Shown here piece after piece: positions 60,211 to 64,000 of a DNA stretch of 64,000 nucleotides; positions within the stretch are counted from its first letter, which is position 1, and every line of letters starts with the position of its first letter. A program made the translations under genes and the position numbers. The stretch lies in assembly GCF_001447785.1 (NCBI RefSeq), contig NW_015174849.1, positions 16,760 to 80,759 on the forward strand, read 5' to 3'. This DNA comes from Gekko japonicus. Its lineage: Eukaryota. Below the pieces are notes generated by a model. That model was not told the DNA's origin and searched no databases. It saw only the letters and a program-made list of their open reading frames with translations.

Positions 60211-62590
60211 GAATAAACATAGACCGACTGAAGCATGAACATGGATTGTATTTAAGATATATACAAAGATGTGACAGCTATTCATGGTTCAAGTATTAAA
60301 CAGACCATTCTACCAAGTTTTCAAAGGAATTTACAGTTATCTCAAGCTCACAAAAAAAAACAGCAAACTAATTTTGGCAGCAGCCGTGATAATAGGTCAC
60401 AAAGTTGTGTTCTGTTTGAATATATATTTTTTTTGTAAATGTCTGCACTGAAAATTTCTTTTGGTTTGCCTTTATGTAAATTTTTTACGTAGCTATTTTT
60501 ATACACTGTAAGGCTTTGTTCTGGGAGTCGCTGGTAATCTGATGTATAGTGTAATGTTTTTATTTCTGTTGGTTTTCACACCCTTTAAAGAGGTACATTT
60601 CTAATTCTGATTGCTATCAGTAAAGTTCCTACTTTGCACAGCAAGTATCTAATTTATAAGATTGCCTTATGGGAAAATGAGACACTTCTCTCTCTGTTTT
60701 TCAACCACCATTAAGAAAAAGGGGGAAAATAAATCTGATTTAAAAAAAACACTACATAGTTTATAAAATAATGAGAAATTGATCAGCTATAATGAACATG
60801 TACATAATTTCCAAAAGAGTTGGTTGTTAAGCAAAATTCATGTTGTTATGTATGCAAATGTCTACTAATAAGTCTTTTTTTAGACAGGAAAACCTTTTTA
60901 TTGATAGCATTCTGAAAAACTAATTGTTCTTGCAATTCCATAATATATAGTGTGAATGACTGGAATTATGAATTAGTTCTGAAATGTTTTGTTATCCACT
61001 GCCTTAAAAAATCTTAATTTCAAAGAAGAAAATCAGACAGAATTGGATTTTTTAAAAAAGTAATCATATCAAAGCTGCATTTTCCACAAAATAGAATATA
61101 TATTTTTTGTGTGTGTGTTTTTGTTAACTACACTACAGATATTGCACCTTGGAGATAATTTTAGTGTTTTTAACTGGTACATAATTTATCAAAAACAGTA
61201 CATGAAATTGTAACAATGAAATTAAATCGATGTATCTTTAGTTACATTCAAGATTGTATCTTTATAGACCTGTTTTATGTTTGAGAATTTTTTTAGAAAG
61301 TTAGCATAAAAAGAAACCTTTGGATAGATCAGGGCAACTAGACAACAGTATTTAGCAATGTTTCCTCATTTAGTGGAAAAATAGCATCTGGAAGAATGTA
61401 ATAGATAATTTTGATCACAGCAGGAAGTTACTAGGAGTAAGTATCAGGTTTCTGTTTACAGATTTACGAGCCAGGAAAACAGAATGTTTTATAGATTGCA
61501 GGGAGATTAGTAGAAGGGAAAATTGATATGGAAATTAGGAAATGTATTTGCCACATAGGGGAAAAAACACTGTTACTTGTAAATTTGTAAAATGTAGTGA
61601 CTGATGTCTTAAATAAAAGCTTCCTGTAGTGTATTGGCATGGATTAAATACATGAAATGTCCTATAAATTCAACTCTGTATAACATATTATGGAAGAATC
61701 CTGTTAAAAGTCCTTTCAGCATTTGTTAAGGCTTTATTTGGCAAGGAAACATAAAATAATCTTGGTCGATGTTTAAACCAAAGTTAAAAGGGGGTAAAAC
61801 CAAAGTCATTTGTTTTGCATGGCTAAGCCATTTATGATATCTTTGTAAATACTGTTTTTTTCTTTTCCTTTCTTTTTGTTTTTTTTAAGTTTGTTTTTGA
61901 AAATCCTACAATTTTTAAACACCTGTTTTCCAAAATAAAATGTGAACACACATAAAAAAAGATTATATATAACTTTTTTTGGTGTGAAGATATCACTTCT
62001 ATAAAATAAAATTCAACTGGTTTGAGAATAGAAAAGGATTTACAGGGCAAATTACATGTTTTTTGAATTATATGAAATATATAAATGTACTCCTATTGAG
62101 AAAGTGAATCCTACTGGTCTGCTAAAGAAAGTGTCACACAGCTTACCAGGCTTGAAACAAGATTGGAGACCAAAAATGGAAGTTTCTAATAACTGCATCC
62201 AGTATCATGAGGAAAGAACAGAATTCTCGCCTTCTGAGGTTCTTCTGACCATCCAATGTAATTCTCGGGGGTGTATCCTTCACTGTGCAGAGTTTACATC
62301 AAACACTTTTCAGGAATCAACAGTACCAATTCATTGTTGCCATTCATGCCTGAAAGACAATAAAAGTGAAGTATGTTTTCTCATTCCTGTCTGACATTTC
62401 AGTTCAAAGGAGACACTTGCATGTACACAAAGCAAGAAGAGTCTCAGTGGTAATGATGGCATGTTCTGGTCACACAAGTGCAAAACTTTAGTTAGGAGAT
62501 GGATCACTTTCATGCCATCCATTTATCAGGGAGAGAAATCCACACACATGCACATACACAATGTATGGAAATAAATACTGAATTAAATGC
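60211..62590 (+). other. ALCAM: ALCAM terminal non-coding exon (3' UTR)
   Basis: Pyrimidine tract plus CAG ends 60210. The following sequence (TGAAGCATGAAC..TGGATTGTATTTAAGA; GTAAATGTCTGCACTGA; TTTTTTACGTAGCTATTTTTATACACTGTAAG) resembles the mammalian ALCAM 3' UTR as I recall it. AATAAA at 61612 and 62570; 3' end uncertain. Confidence 0.7.
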
Positions 62591-62756
62591 TTTACTATCA
62601 CATAATTTTCAGTTAATTGTTTATATCACCTGATACATAAAGTGGACTGAGACTAGTGGGTAAAAGTGAAGACAACCTTTGCTAAGACAGCTCCCCACCA
62701 CCACCAATAGTAGCCCTATTCACCTGTTACAGTGAATGCATGTACATCCTGCTTCA

Positions 62757-62932
62757 GCAGGGGTGTAGACTTTCCAATTTTCGGGGTGGGGGCTGGGCCA
62801 GATGTGTTACCCAGTGACATCAGAGGCCATTGTCACTATCTATGGAGGCAGAGCCATGTGGGATTTAGGGAGGGGCTCCCCAGAAATTTAGGGGGAGCTG
62901 GGAACTCCCCTAACAATGCCCCTGGGCTGGGC
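62757..62932. mobile_element. Second copy of the composite hAT left end with its nested MITE
   Basis: CAGGGGTGTAGACTTTCCAATTT...GGCTGGGC CAGA...CAATGCCCCTG GGCTGGGC, colinear with 4253-4476. Confidence 0.75.
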
Positions 62933-63679
62933 TGAGCCTGCTTTGGCAGATTAGGGCGGGATATAAATTAGAATATAAATAAATCCAAGAAAAGGTGGGA
63001 GTTGGCCAGTGGCTATAGTGATATCTCAGCATTCTCTTGCTGTGTCTTAGTTTTGAAATTCAGTTTTACAGTAGTCACATTAAGATCTGGAAATATGCAT
63101 ACGATGTGCATAGGACAAACTAATGGTCACAAATTTGACAGTAAAAGAAAGGCAACACAGAAAATCCTGTGGGAAAACTTTTTAAAAGCTTTTCTGGACA
63201 TTCATTTACAGGAGTCTTGTTTCTGCCATATTCATAAGGGTGACTTTGTACTGAAATTTACAAAATTATGGCACCACATATGCCTTTGTTTGGTAAATGT
63301 ATAGCTGAAGTCTCTGAGCCAGGGCAGAATACAAAACAGTTGCTGTGCACTCAATTCAGAGTAGGAGCAATCTTTTTCTCACTTCAAACACACATCCTAC
63401 AAGTGATTACAAGTACATTTTGTGGCAACTCAGAACAGTGCCCATAGCCATGACCCCAAAGAAAACTTATAGTTATGCCACCTAGCATTTTATATACCTT
63501 GCCTTCTTAGCCCACTGCTTAGAAACTTCACATTAAAAATATAGACACTTAGAACAAAGTGTTAATAAAATAAATCACATAATTAAGTTTATGGGCATGG
63601 TTAATTTCTGCTCTTTTTTAAAAAAAAGATTTATGATTTTTACATTACAAAGAGAAAAACAAAGATTTACTTCATAACA

Positions 63680-64000
63680 TCATAGAAACGGGAAACTTAC
63701 CAAACTCATGGAAAGATGCCTTGATTACATTAATACACAAACCTAATACTGAAGATAAAGAAATCCAAAACTATAAACCTATATCACTTCTCAATGTTGA
63801 CTATAAGATTTTTGCAACTATCATAGCCATCCGTTTCAAGAAGATATTGGTACAAGTTATACATCGAGACCAATCTGGCTTTCTCCCGAAGAGACAGATA
63901 AAAAATAAGTTAAGAACTATTCTAAATATACTATGAACAACATCCTGGAAGACAATTAACACTAGTTTTTCTCGATGCGGAGAAAGCTTTGACAATGTAA
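63680..64000 (+). mobile_element. L1-clade LINE reverse transcriptase fragment, runs off the window
   Basis: ITLIHKP...NYKPISLLNVDYKIFATIIA.RFKK...IHRDQSGFLPKRQI...FLDAEKAFDNV. Confidence 0.9.

Overview
Eukaryotic genomic DNA, most likely a squamate and probably a gecko (inferred from Squam3-type SINEs and BovB, CR1 and L2 LINEs). There is one 255-N gap at 7265-7519. Two spliced genes lie on the + strand. (1) A complete, intact six-exon vomeronasal type-2 receptor (V2R, class C GPCR) at 2566-17990; I assembled it by hand to 2595 nt (864 aa plus stop), with GT-AG introns and consistent phases. (2) The 3' half of ALCAM/CD166: seven coding exons at 39240-58354 (Ig4, Ig5, stalk, TM, cytoplasmic tail) plus a non-coding last exon from 60211. 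I found no upstream ALCAM exons anywhere in 1-39239. So the V2R either sits on the same strand inside a large ALCAM intron, abuts a 5'-truncated ALCAM, or reflects a misassembly. The rest is dense with transposable elements: CR1, L2, L1, RTE-BovB, a Gypsy gag with tRNA-Ser PBS, a Harbinger with TTA target duplication, a Helitron, Penelope-like inverted repeats, SINEs, hAT MITEs with 8-bp TSDs, and a 3.3-kb composite hAT-type element carrying a CpG-island-like segment. Family names come from recognising motifs, not from database searches.
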